A DNA stretch of 54,687 nt from a virus (IMGVR_UViG_3300033067_001389:1-54687); one strand, 5' to 3'. Shown: positions 45,861 through 54,237, counted from the stretch's first letter. The notes: generated by a model not told the origin, from the letters alone. Program-made: numbers and translations.

Positions 45861-46570
45861 TGTGTCACCGCCTCAACAACGTCCGCCCATTGAACCACCC
45901 CGGTCCCATACTGCTGGTTCAACGCTGGTTGCATTTCGGAAGACCATAAACGGCAGGTGGGATACCATGCCCAGAAACTCAGGCGGCCCGGCGTCCACCC
46001 GTCCCATGATATCGACACTCGGTGAACAGTCCGAATCCATTCCGCAAGGAACGCCCGCGGAGACGGATGAAACGCCCGCATGTGGACCGCGGCGCGGTGT
46101 GTCGCTTTTTTGGGGTTGGGGACAAACGCCGCAAGGCGCGCGGAAAACTCTTGGTAGGCGTCCAATGATTCTTGCGCGAAAGGGACCACCAGTGGCGTGT
46201 CATCTGGTGACCACCGAAACCCCTGTCGACTTAACGCCTCCCGCACTTCCGGCGAAGCCGGTCCCGCGGTTGCGCCTCTTGCCCGTGTGTAGGCGGCTTC
46301 CAATTGAATGAACTTGTCGCGAAATGATTCAGCGCTAAACACCAATGGTGTATATTTTTCCTTGATGTTGGCAATAAACCATTCCGCCACCTTTTGGATT
46401 TTTTCTGGTGTGTCCACACTTTCCAATTTGGACAGGGTTTTTGTCCATGTGGGGATGTGGGGGCGCTTGGTTGTTCGTCTCGCCTTTATCAACGCTTCGG
46501 CAAGTTGTCGGGCGACCTCCGTCGCCCATTCGGTCGACGTCGTTTGCTCGCGTTTCGTTTCGGGCGACAT
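45851..46570 (-). CDS. replication-associated protein (initiator C-terminal-like)
   Basis: I.KV..WF...Y.P.V.SA.SFR.KF..LE segment resembles C-terminal domains of phage initiators; precedes the helicase gene. Confidence 0.5.
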   Translation of the reverse strand: MSPETKREQTTSTEWATEVARQLAEALIKARRTTKRPHIPTWTKTLSKLESVDTPEKIQKVAEWFIANIKEKYTPLVFSAESFRDKFIQLEAAYTRARGATAGPASPEVREALSRQGFRWSPDDTPLVVPFAQESLDAYQEFSARLAAFVPNPKKATHRAAVHMRAFHPSPRAFLAEWIRTVHRVSISWDGWTPGRLSFWAWYPTCRLWSSEMQPALNQQYGTGVVQWADVVEAVTQCR

Positions 46571-46606
46571 TCGTTAATCCCTCTGATACTCATCTCTATT
46601 ACTATG

Positions 46607-46667
46607 CTTGTCGTTTTCGACGTGGCAGCCTTGTCGTTTTCGACGTGGCAGCCTTGTCGTTTTCGAC
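46607..46667. repeat. iteron-like 23-bp tandem repeats, candidate replication origin
   Basis: CTTGTCGTTTTCGACGTGGCAGC x2 plus a 15-bp third copy, each with a GTCG-N4-CGAC dyad; AT-rich flanks. Confidence 0.75.
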
Positions 46668-46673
46668 AATGCA

Positions 46674-47009
46674 TCAGTTTTTGTTTATGCGAGACCACTT
46701 CGTTTCGATGAACCGCTTGCGACCGTTAAATCCCGTGATTGTCACAAGTTCTAATTCAACCAATCGACTGACAATTCGCGAAGCGCGCTCCGCCGAAATC
46801 CCGCCCAATCGCTTCCCAAGGTAGGCATTGGACGCGTAACACCCCACAAACTGTCCCGAGGGGGTGCGACTCACCAGACTGTCAATCGTCGTCAACAACA
46901 TCATTTCTTGGGCGGACAGTGTCCCATTCCAAAAAAGGTACATGATTTCCGCCGGTATCCACACACCGCGAAAACCCTCAACGTGAATTTCTTCCGTCCC
47001 TTTTTCCAT
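46674..47009 (-). CDS. phage replication initiator N-terminal winged-HTH protein
   Basis: FRGVWIPAEI...IDSL...GCYASNAYL...S..L...I. Confidence 0.75.
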   Translation of the reverse strand: MEKGTEEIHVEGFRGVWIPAEIMYLFWNGTLSAQEMMLLTTIDSLVSRTPSGQFVGCYASNAYLGKRLGGISAERASRIVSRLVELELVTITGFNGRKRFIETKWSRINKN

Positions 47010-47013
47010 GTTG

Positions 47014-47889
47014 TCAGTCCAGATAGTGTTTTCGCACTAAGTCGATTTCATGTTGCGAAGCGTCCGCGGCATCTTTCGCATCTAGCACCAAATTCGTGGT
47101 TGTGCCGGGAAACACCCCGAGTTCATGGCAGAGCGCGACCGCCCGCTTTTGTGCGTCGGTTTCGTTGTCGAAGCACACCACCCGCCGCGGGTATCGCCGA
47201 ATCAACGCCAGTTGCGCCACGTTCCATGATGTTCCCATCGTGGCGACTGCGCCCGGTCCTATTCGCATCGCGTCTAGGGGACCCTCCGTGACGATGACGG
47301 AGCCCCGCGCAAAGTCGAGCCCGTACAGCCAGTTTCGATGCGGAAACGACTCGCGGTCCGGGGGAGCCGACAGGTATCGCAGGGATGACGTTCCGATGCT
47401 TCGCGCGGTCCACGATACCGCGACATCATTTCTAAAGATTGGTAATACAATCCGCCACGGGCAGTCAGAATCGTGACCGGTGCCAGACACGTTCCACACT
47501 CTGGCGGCCGTTGCAGGGTCGATGTTGCGGGAGCGGATATATTCCGCATGTTCTCGCAGGCGTTTTTGATTGGTTGGCGGCCGGTACGTTCCACTCCCCG
47601 GCAACACCACGTCTACGGGTGATGTTCGCGTCGCGCTCCGGGAGAGTTCTATCGCAGTCCGCAGGTCGCATCTAGTCAGTAGCGCAATTGTTCGCGCCGT
47701 GTCAACACGTCCACATAACCAGCAGTTGAAATAGCCGAAAGCTACACGCAAACCCATCCGGAACGCGCCGGAGCCCGGCGAGCAATGCGGGCAATCGTAT
47801 TGGACCCACCCTGCGCGGGCGTGGTGATGCTCGCCAACGCGTCGCCCCGTCGCCCCGTGTTGTTCAAGTAGTTCGGCGAGGTTTGGCAT
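47014..47889 (-). CDS. DNA primase (zinc finger plus TOPRIM)
   Basis: CPHC...FNCWLCG, VTEGPLDA, FDNE and KDAAD motifs. Confidence 0.85.
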   Translation of the reverse strand: MPNLAELLEQHGATGRRVGEHHHARAGWVQYDCPHCSPGSGAFRMGLRVAFGYFNCWLCGRVDTARTIALLTRCDLRTAIELSRSATRTSPVDVVLPGSGTYRPPTNQKRLREHAEYIRSRNIDPATAARVWNVSGTGHDSDCPWRIVLPIFRNDVAVSWTARSIGTSSLRYLSAPPDRESFPHRNWLYGLDFARGSVIVTEGPLDAMRIGPGAVATMGTSWNVAQLALIRRYPRRVVCFDNETDAQKRAVALCHELGVFPGTTTNLVLDAKDAADASQHEIDLVRKHYLD

Positions 47890-48070
47890 CAGATATTCTA
47901 AACCCCAATTCTGTTCGAGTGATTTCGGGCCGTGTTTGAACAAACCACGTCAACAGGGAGTCGACCGCGTCTTGCATCGACATCCCCCGGCGAACACATT
48001 CCGCTTTGAACAGGCGGTGTGTTTCGTCGCTGATGTTCCGAAAATATAGGGTGCTTTTTCGGTGCGTCAT
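47864..48070 (-). CDS. ribbon-helix-helix transcription regulator
   Basis: TLYFRNISDETHRLFKAEC.RRGMSMQD, an Arc/FitA-like pattern. Confidence 0.7.
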   Translation of the reverse strand: MTHRKSTLYFRNISDETHRLFKAECVRRGMSMQDAVDSLLTWFVQTRPEITRTELGFRISDAKPRRTT

Positions 48071-48330
48071 TGCGTCACGATGTAGGTTGTGGGGTTCGGT
48101 GTGGTAGTCGTGGGGGTGAATCGATCCCCACCTGAGTCCTTCATCGGTAAGGCAATCAACGCGCCCGCGTCGTTATTGATCGGACGCGACTTGTCCAAAG
48201 TCAGTTTCATTCCGCATCGCGTGCAGATACACGACAGGACCCGCAGCGTGTGCGTTTCCTCTTGTGTGTTTGTGTCGATGTGAATTTGTACGTTGTTCGT
48301 CACGTGGAACTGATGTTGACACTTAACCAC
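48067..48330 (-). CDS. small hypothetical protein, possible metal binding
   Basis: C.H...CTRC; overlaps both neighbours. Confidence 0.5.
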   Translation of the reverse strand: MVKCQHQFHVTNNVQIHIDTNTQEETHTLRVLSCICTRCGMKLTLDKSRPINNDAGALIALPMKDSGGDRFTPTTTTPNPTTYIVTQ

Positions 48331-49714
48331 GGCTCATCGACTCCAGCAACATAGAATGAATTGTAAAGTCTTGTTCAACATCCGCGCCGTCCAGAATTTT
48401 CCGAACGATGTTTTGTTTCGTTTGCAGTACTTTCAACATTTTCTCTTCGATGGTCCCCACGGCGACGAAATACCACGCCCACGCCACCTCTGTTTGTGAA
48501 ATACGGTGGATACGGTCCTCCGCCTGTGTGTGTAGCGCGGGCCGCCAGTCGTACCCGAGAAAAAAGACATCGGACGCCGCGGTCAACGTGATGCCCACGC
48601 CCGCGGCTTGGATGTTCCCGATAAATACCCGGCATCGGGGGTCTTTTTGGAACCGATTGACCAACAACTTGCGGTCGTCTTGTGGTGTCGCCCCTGAAAT
48701 CGAAACACACTCCCCTGCGTATTTCCGGTTGAGGGCGGCGATACATGGGCGGTGAACGGTGAACAGGACCACTTTTTTATCGGGGTTTTCCGCCCGGAAT
48801 TCCTCCACGCGCTCCACCGTTTGGGGATGTTTTAGTTTCGCCGCTAATCGAAGCATGTAACCCAATTTTGTCACCGCTTCCGCGCGCGATGCTCGCATCG
48901 CCTTCGCGGGACCGCCGACGCGCCGTAACCACGTCAAAAACTCTTTTTCGGCGTAGCGGTATTCCGCCATTGCCTTTGGTGAAAGTTCAATCGGGATAAC
49001 TCGCCGACATTTCCGCGGCAGGTCTTGCAAGACGTCTTTTTTCAAGCGCCTCACCATCCCGTGGTGAAGCAAACTTGCGTGCAGTTCCGGGATGTTGGTC
49101 GCCCCGTTAAAAACCCATCCCCACGGCATGCGTTTCGGTGAGCAATACCGATGCGCGAACGGCGCGAATTCGTCGAACGTGTCAGGCCAAAGAACGTGGA
49201 GAGTTGACCACAGTTCCGCGGGCTTGTTGGTGAGCGGGGTTCCGGAAATTGCGATGATGCGCTTCGCGTTTTCGCAAACGTCCCACGTCGCCCGCGTCCG
49301 GTGGTTGCCGCGGGTCTGGATGTAGTGAACCTCATCCAATATCACCAGTTCGGGTCCGATGTCTTTCAACACTCCGACCCAATCCCGCAGGATGTCGTAA
49401 TTTATGACAATCCATTTATTCGCGGCGAGACGTTCGAACGCGCGGCGCGTCGATGCCGCCTTCCGTCCGGAGATTGCCGCGGCCCGGTCTCCCGTCAAAT
49501 TGAAAATCGTGTCGACCCAATGGGACTTCACCAGCGCAGGACACACCACCAGAATGGGCCGCGGGGACGGGTTCCGTTTCGCGTACCAAATCGCTTGGGG
49601 CGTCTTGCCCAAACCCATTTCATCCGCCAGCAGCGCCCGCCCACCGAATTTTTCGATGAGACGGACCCCGTCTTTTTGATACTGGAACGGTGTGTAGGCT
49701 TTCGGGTCGCTCAT
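48323..49714 (-). CDS. SNF2-family helicase (HARP/SMARCAL1-like)
   Basis: LADEMGLGKT, DEVH, SGTP.TN and QAEDRIHRI motifs. Confidence 0.9.
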   Translation of the reverse strand: MSDPKAYTPFQYQKDGVRLIEKFGGRALLADEMGLGKTPQAIWYAKRNPSPRPILVVCPALVKSHWVDTIFNLTGDRAAAISGRKAASTRRAFERLAANKWIVINYDILRDWVGVLKDIGPELVILDEVHYIQTRGNHRTRATWDVCENAKRIIAISGTPLTNKPAELWSTLHVLWPDTFDEFAPFAHRYCSPKRMPWGWVFNGATNIPELHASLLHHGMVRRLKKDVLQDLPRKCRRVIPIELSPKAMAEYRYAEKEFLTWLRRVGGPAKAMRASRAEAVTKLGYMLRLAAKLKHPQTVERVEEFRAENPDKKVVLFTVHRPCIAALNRKYAGECVSISGATPQDDRKLLVNRFQKDPRCRVFIGNIQAAGVGITLTAASDVFFLGYDWRPALHTQAEDRIHRISQTEVAWAWYFVAVGTIEEKMLKVLQTKQNIVRKILDGADVEQDFTIHSMLLESMSRG

Positions 49715-50232
49715 TCCGCCATCCGCTCCGCAATTTCCCGAAACGCTTCATTAACGCGGGCTGTGTTCCACCCATGATTTCCGAGGTAATATCGGATGGC
49801 AGGGCGAACGTTTTTGACGCTCTTGCCCATCACGTCGACGCGGGCGGTGACCACGTCTGGCGGGTCCAGCATCAGCCGCAGGACTTCCGCCCCGTCCGCC
49901 GACAAATCAAACCGCCACGCCATCGCGTCCGGCCGGGTGCCGGAGGCCGCCATCGTTTCCCCCGGCGACGGGGCCGCGACTTGCTTCAAGACGTGTTTGC
50001 GGCGTTTGCCCGTCATTTGTCGCCACCAGTCCGACAAGTCGAACGACAGGGACGAACAGAGATTCAGCAGTTCGTCGTGCGTGATCGGCGCGTGTTGCCG
50101 ATACAAACGCATCCACAACACCAACCCCTCCGATTCCGCCTCATCCACGGGGCATCCCGTCGCCCCAGCGAATCGGCGTATCACATTCTGGAAATGAGAT
50201 TCCGACGCATTCCAAGCGGCTTCCACCAACAT
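49711..50232 (-). CDS. hypothetical protein, possibly a sigma-factor-like regulator
   Basis: Helical; DEAESEGLVLW loosely resembles sigma region 2; GGGGGT RBS. Confidence 0.4.
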   Translation of the reverse strand: MLVEAAWNASESHFQNVIRRFAGATGCPVDEAESEGLVLWMRLYRQHAPITHDELLNLCSSLSFDLSDWWRQMTGKRRKHVLKQVAAPSPGETMAASGTRPDAMAWRFDLSADGAEVLRLMLDPPDVVTARVDVMGKSVKNVRPAIRYYLGNHGWNTARVNEAFREIAERMAE

Positions 50233-50297
50233 TTTTGACCCCCTGTGTCGGTTGAGTTCGTTCGTCTAACAGACGTTATACGATGGGTTTTTGCGTG

Positions 50298-50513
50298 TCA
50301 ACGAAGTGCGGGCATATCCACCCAATGGTGAATTTTCTCTTTTTCGATAAACCAGCGGGTAAACGAGTAAACCCCGTCCACGTAACGGAATGCGACGCGC
50401 GGGACCCATTTTAGCGCCACTTGTTTTTCGTCGATGACCACCGACATGCGGACCGCCTTGTTCGTTTGTCGGGTCAGCATGATGGACACGGTCGGACGCG
50501 CTGGAAACCACAT
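50298..50513 (-). CDS. small hypothetical early protein
   Basis: Co-oriented ORF filling the gap; start uncertain. Confidence 0.4.
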   Translation of the reverse strand: MWFPARPTVSIMLTRQTNKAVRMSVVIDEKQVALKWVPRVAFRYVDGVYSFTRWFIEKEKIHHWVDMPALR

Positions 50514-50519
50514 GACCAA

Positions 50520-50786
50520 TTACTCCGATGGGATGGTCTTGTAATCGTATCGCAAAATTTTCCGTGACATCAGGCGATACATGTCGGCGACGTTGGCCGC
50601 CATTGCGTCGCTGTGGGGGTTTCTGATGGTGGCGAGCATGTCGGCGATGCGTTCTTTCGCCACGGTTTGCGGGCGTCTCCTCGCTGCATCCGCCGCGGGG
50701 GACGATGGGAACGAATATGTCGCGACCCGGTTGCGGTGGTCCACGGCGATAAACCCGCCGACGTCGTCGAAAGCGTATTCAATCAC
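50520..50786 (-). CDS. small hypothetical early protein
   Basis: AAGGGT RBS before GTG; co-oriented. Confidence 0.55.
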   Translation of the reverse strand: MIEYAFDDVGGFIAVDHRNRVATYSFPSSPAADAARRRPQTVAKERIADMLATIRNPHSDAMAANVADMYRLMSRKILRYDYKTIPSE

Positions 50787-50799
50787 AATCGGGACCCTT

Positions 50800-51018
50800 T
50801 TACTTGATGCAGGTTGTGAACGAGTTATAGGCGTCGCCGTTGCGAATCATCCCTGACACTGTGGTCGGGACAGTGTCGGGTCCGCAACACCCCGAGTCGT
50901 CGACCAACAGAGCCCGCAGCGTCTCGCCTTGTCGGCAATAGTCGATGTGAAACGCCCCCCGTGATACTTCGGTCCATCCCGCTTTCGCGATTCGCTTGGT
51001 TGCGGTTGAGATTCGCAT
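50800..51018 (-). CDS. small hypothetical early protein
   Basis: First gene after promoter 51063-51091; AAAAGG RBS. Confidence 0.6.
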   Translation of the reverse strand: MRISTATKRIAKAGWTEVSRGAFHIDYCRQGETLRALLVDDSGCCGPDTVPTTVSGMIRNGDAYNSFTTCIK

Positions 51019-51062
51019 GTTTGACGCCTTTTGTGTTGTTGGTAATCGTGTCCGGTGAGGTA

Positions 51063-51091
51063 TTTATCGGATATTCAACAACAGGCGTCAA
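51063..51091 (-). promoter_or_regulatory. early promoter TTGACG-N17-GATAAA
   Basis: Member of the five-copy promoter family. Confidence 0.75.
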
Positions 51092-51099
51092 GCGACATT

Positions 51100-51134
51100 A
51101 CCAACAATCCGGAAAATGTTTCCGGATTGTTGGT
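51100..51134. repeat. perfect 16-bp inverted repeat containing two ACCAACAA boxes
   Basis: ACCAACAATCCGGAAA-ATG-TTTCCGGATTGTTGGT. Confidence 0.8.
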
Positions 51135-51144
51135 TGCCGGAAAA

Positions 51145-51507
51145 TTACTTCAACGCGGCTTCCAGCGTCTCCAGACGTCCGGACAGGGACGCGACCGCGG
51201 TCTCCAGTGCCTCAATCCTTTGCAGGAGCATCGGGTATCGCGCCCGCGCGACGCTTTGCGGGGAATGCCCCCCTTTGTATGCCGTGATGCCGGAATCCAG
51301 CAGCGCTTGCCGAAGACGCTTCGGCGTCAGTGCCGGAAACCCGATTTTCTCGGCGTACTCGGCGCGCTTCGCTTCAATCGTGAACTTGCGGGCGGTCCAG
51401 TCCGTTTCGTCCGCGGCAATCAGGCGGATGAGTTGCGCGACTTGGTTGGTCTTCATTTTTTCGTAAGGGCGGACGGCGCGCGGTTGTGGTTGTGGTTTGT
51501 TTGACAT
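51145..51507 (-). CDS. hypothetical protein with C-terminal coiled coil
   Basis: GGGGGT RBS; LLQRIEALETAVASLSGRLETLE zipper. Confidence 0.6.
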   Translation of the reverse strand: MSNKPQPQPRAVRPYEKMKTNQVAQLIRLIAADETDWTARKFTIEAKRAEYAEKIGFPALTPKRLRQALLDSGITAYKGGHSPQSVARARYPMLLQRIEALETAVASLSGRLETLEAALK

Positions 51508-51533
51508 GGTTTGACCCCCTTGTGTCGGTTTTC

Positions 51534-51564
51534 AAAAAAGGGCCGGGAGACAATCCCCCGGCCC
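51534..51564 (-). terminator. intrinsic terminator after the DUF932 gene
   Basis: GGGCCGGG/CCCGGCCC stem followed by T6 on the - strand. Confidence 0.75.
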
Positions 51565-51580
51565 GTTCGTCGCTTCGTTT

Positions 51581-52609
51581 TTACGATGCCAGCATCTTCA
51601 CGGCTCGCATCAGCGCCCGGTGGGTGACGTCCGCCCGCTCTCCGAACAGCGTGGACTCGGTCCGCGACAATCGCGCCGCATCGGAGTTCTTTTCGCGGGT
51701 GGGCTTGTCGTGCTGCGCCCACCCAGTGAACGCGTTGAACGCGTTCCACGCCGTGGTCCCCGCCAATTCCTTTTCCCGCTCGAACCGCATGAACATGGCG
51801 GCCATCGCTGATTGCGCCCGGATGATTTTCCCTTCATCGTGGCCGTTTTTCGCTTCCAGCGGGATATCGCCCACCTCTTCCACGTAACACGATGCCCAGA
51901 ACGCTTTGAGCGCTTCACTGTTGACATCCCGCGCCCCCAGCGTGTCCAGAATCTGCCGGGTTCCCGACAGCGCCTCTTGATAGAGGCCCAACGCCTTCCG
52001 CGCCTGATCGATGCGGTCCGCGGAGTGTTTGGTGTGCCGGATGGCACAACCCGCCGTCCGGACCCGGCCGTTGCCGATACCGTCGGGAATCACCATGTGA
52101 AGGGTATTCGAACAAACCACCCGGACCGACGTCGGGATACAACGCATCGGGGTCCACCCGTCGTGGCCATTGCTGACAAGAATATACGGGGCGACTTCAT
52201 CCTCTTTGCGAACGGAGAACGATTCCCCGCGGAGGAGGAACCACACTTTCGCCCGGTTGCGGATGGTTCCCGCGGTCTCGCATTTGACCACGTCGCCCTC
52301 TTTGGCGAGCGCTTCGCAGAAATCCGCCAATTCGTCGTTCTGGACGGGGACGTATCCCCGCCCGACGATGCCCAGCAGTTCCCGCGGCGCGTCATCGTAA
52401 TAGAGACCCACCTTGTCGCCGATGATGTCGCCCATCGAACCATCATCGTTCACGGGTGCCAGTTCGCGTTTCACGACTTTCGCCCCGCCCCCGATGTATT
52501 CCAACCCCTGTCGCGGGGTGAACGTCTCGGGCAGGACAACCCCGAGACCGTGCCAAGCGCCGGTACGGGAGAGAACAACGTTATCGCGGGCTTCGATTTC
52601 GTGGGCCAT
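51581..52609 (-). CDS. DUF932 family protein (TIGR03299-like)
   Basis: AWHGLG, Y.PVQN, ETAG, NGHDG, RVVCSNTL, IRHT and GTTAWNAFNAFT motifs. Confidence 0.85.
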   Translation of the reverse strand: MAHEIEARDNVVLSRTGAWHGLGVVLPETFTPRQGLEYIGGGAKVVKRELAPVNDDGSMGDIIGDKVGLYYDDAPRELLGIVGRGYVPVQNDELADFCEALAKEGDVVKCETAGTIRNRAKVWFLLRGESFSVRKEDEVAPYILVSNGHDGWTPMRCIPTSVRVVCSNTLHMVIPDGIGNGRVRTAGCAIRHTKHSADRIDQARKALGLYQEALSGTRQILDTLGARDVNSEALKAFWASCYVEEVGDIPLEAKNGHDEGKIIRAQSAMAAMFMRFEREKELAGTTAWNAFNAFTGWAQHDKPTREKNSDAARLSRTESTLFGERADVTHRALMRAVKMLAS

Positions 52610-52659
52610 CTGTCTGTTCCTTGTTTTTGGTGTTGTTGGTAACCGCGTCTGATGGGTGA

Positions 52660-52688
52660 TTTATACGTTGTTGGTAAATCATCGTCAA
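52660..52688 (-). promoter_or_regulatory. early promoter TTGACG-N17-TATAAA with TACCAACAAC boxes
   Basis: Boxes at 52667-52676 (spacer) and 52632-52641 (leader). Confidence 0.8.
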
Positions 52689-52718
52689 GCGACATTACCA
52701 ACATTTTGAAAAATCAGT

Positions 52719-53288
52719 TCACTTCGTCCGAATCGGGACAATCACCGTTCCCGGACAAAACAGGTTGCTCGTGTGCCCTTCGTCTCGACGGCGTCGGAAC
52801 CACTCTGCGCGGGACGTTACCGGGATCATTTGAGCACGCCCCACCAAACCGCGGGCGAACAGGGCGGTCACCGTGTTGACGGAAAACCGCGTGATGCCGA
52901 TGGCGCTATGTGAATCGGCCGGGTTCCCGACTGCGTATTTGCGGTCTTCGGGACGAAAAAAGACGAACGACTCGGGACCCGCCAGTTCCTTGACGATGTC
53001 AGACATCAGGCGAGACAGTTTCGGGGTTTTTTGTTCGACGGTCTCCGCGGCGACGTCGACTCGACCACCGCCGTACGCGATGGTCAGGGCGGTGTCGACT
53101 TGGCGCTTTTCGCCCGCGGTCAAGGGCCGGTCCAGTGTCGACACCATTTCAAGGGCCGACATCATGGCGGGGGCCGCGGCGAACATGTGAGCAATTTCGA
53201 TAGAGGGCATCGCGGAGCGGAAGTCGTCAATCAGAACATGCGCTCCGTAGCGGTCTTTTCCGGCTTCGATGCAGATGATTTCGGGCAT
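52719..53288 (-). CDS. hypothetical early protein downstream of the hammerhead
   Basis: AAAGG RBS; A..FAAAP.M..AL motif common in phage early proteins. Confidence 0.6.
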   Translation of the reverse strand: MPEIICIEAGKDRYGAHVLIDDFRSAMPSIEIAHMFAAAPAMMSALEMVSTLDRPLTAGEKRQVDTALTIAYGGGRVDVAAETVEQKTPKLSRLMSDIVKELAGPESFVFFRPEDRKYAVGNPADSHSAIGITRFSVNTVTALFARGLVGRAQMIPVTSRAEWFRRRRDEGHTSNLFCPGTVIVPIRTK

Positions 53289-53318
53289 TGCAGGACCTTT
53301 CGTGGTTGGTGGTGGATT

Positions 53319-53366
53319 CCCGGACGCCTTGCGGCGTTTCGTCCCTTCCGGGGACTCATCAGCGGG
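53319..53366 (-). ncRNA. type I hammerhead ribozyme
   Basis: - strand reads CCCG CUGAUGA GUCCC-CGGAA-GGGAC GAAA CGCC-GCAA-GGCG UC CGGG: all core nucleotides, three paired stems, GUC cleavage triplet. Confidence 0.93.
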
Positions 53367-53624
53367 TTATTCCTTGACGTAGTCCAGACGGTCCCCGGAA
53401 CCGGCCGGACAGTTGGCGCGGCACTCTTCGCAAATCGCCTTATCACCGTCGAACCGGGTCGGGTCGATAACCGCCGACGTATACGACCCGTCGGGCATCT
53501 TCGTTGAACGACAGTTGCAACGGCCCGAGTTGGAGCGATGCCCGTCGTAACAATCGCACCGCGCCGACCACGCGGGGCCGCGGAAGATGACGATTTTCGG
53601 ATTGGCGGGGATGACGTGAGCCAT
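53367..53624 (-). CDS. small Cys-rich hypothetical early protein
   Basis: CDC...RCNC...CEEC..C; AAAGGA RBS; stop codon abuts the ribozyme. Confidence 0.6.
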   Translation of the reverse strand: MAHVIPANPKIVIFRGPAWSARCDCYDGHRSNSGRCNCRSTKMPDGSYTSAVIDPTRFDGDKAICEECRANCPAGSGDRLDYVKE

Positions 53625-53710
53625 GATTTGAGTTCCTTTGTTTGAAGTTCGAAAACGTTATCGGCAATCCGGGGGCGTCCCCAAAATCGGGGACGCCCAT
53701 ACACCCGAAA

Positions 53711-53878
53711 CTAGACGGCGGCTTCCAACTGGATGGAGACGACCCGCGCCTTTTTGGCGAGGTAGTACTGGACCATCTGACGGCGGGCGTTGTGTTCGTC
53801 CGGAGCCTTGACGCCGCGGCGAGCGGTGCGGGTGTTGCCGTTCAGTTCAGTCGTGACGACGAAAACGAAGTTAGTCAT
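53711..53878 (-). CDS. small hypothetical early protein
   Basis: ATG 53878 after AAAAAGGAACCC, first gene after promoter 53925-53953. Confidence 0.6.
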   Translation of the reverse strand: MTNFVFVVTTELNGNTRTARRGVKAPDEHNARRQMVQYYLAKKARVVSIQLEAAV

Positions 53879-53924
53879 GGTTCGGGTTCCTTTTTGGTGT
53901 TGTTGGTAAACTTGCGACAGGTGA

Positions 53925-53953
53925 TTTATACGTTGTTGGTAAACCGGTGTCAA
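53925..53953 (-). promoter_or_regulatory. early promoter TTGACA-N17-TATAAA with TACCAACAAC boxes
   Basis: Boxes at 53932-53941 and 53899-53908. Confidence 0.8.
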
Positions 53954-53972
53954 GCGAATTCCAAAAGATTTT

Positions 53973-54188
53973 TCAGATTGTGGCAACCGGTTCCATGCTG
54001 ATAACCCGCATGTCGATGTTCGCCGTGGTTTGGGCGGGGTTGATTCCCGTCTTGAGGTGTTTCGCCAGTTTCGCTTTGGCGGCGTCGATGCTCTCCGCGA
54101 TAACCTGATGGGTTCCGCGCTTGGTGATGAACTGGCCAGAGGCGTTTGCGAGTCGGCAGCGGCTGACGATGAAGTAGGCGGTCATCAT
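53973..54188 (-). CDS. small hypothetical early protein
   Basis: AAAAGGGAACCC RBS, after promoter 54238-54266. Confidence 0.6.
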   Translation of the reverse strand: MMTAYFIVSRCRLANASGQFITKRGTHQVIAESIDAAKAKLAKHLKTGINPAQTTANIDMRVISMEPVATI

Positions 54189-54237
54189 GGTTTGGGTTCC
54201 CTTTTCGCTGTTGTTGGTAAACGTGTCTGATGGTGTA

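Noticed and set aside
46607-46667. Repeats as a mini CRISPR array
   Set aside because: The units are directly tandem with identical intervening sequence, so there are no unique spacers, and no cas genes are present. Context fits iterons.
50275-50301. Promoter TTGACA...TATAAC on the - strand
   Set aside because: Hexamers are good but the spacer is only 15 bp. Possible, but not supported well enough to list as a feature.
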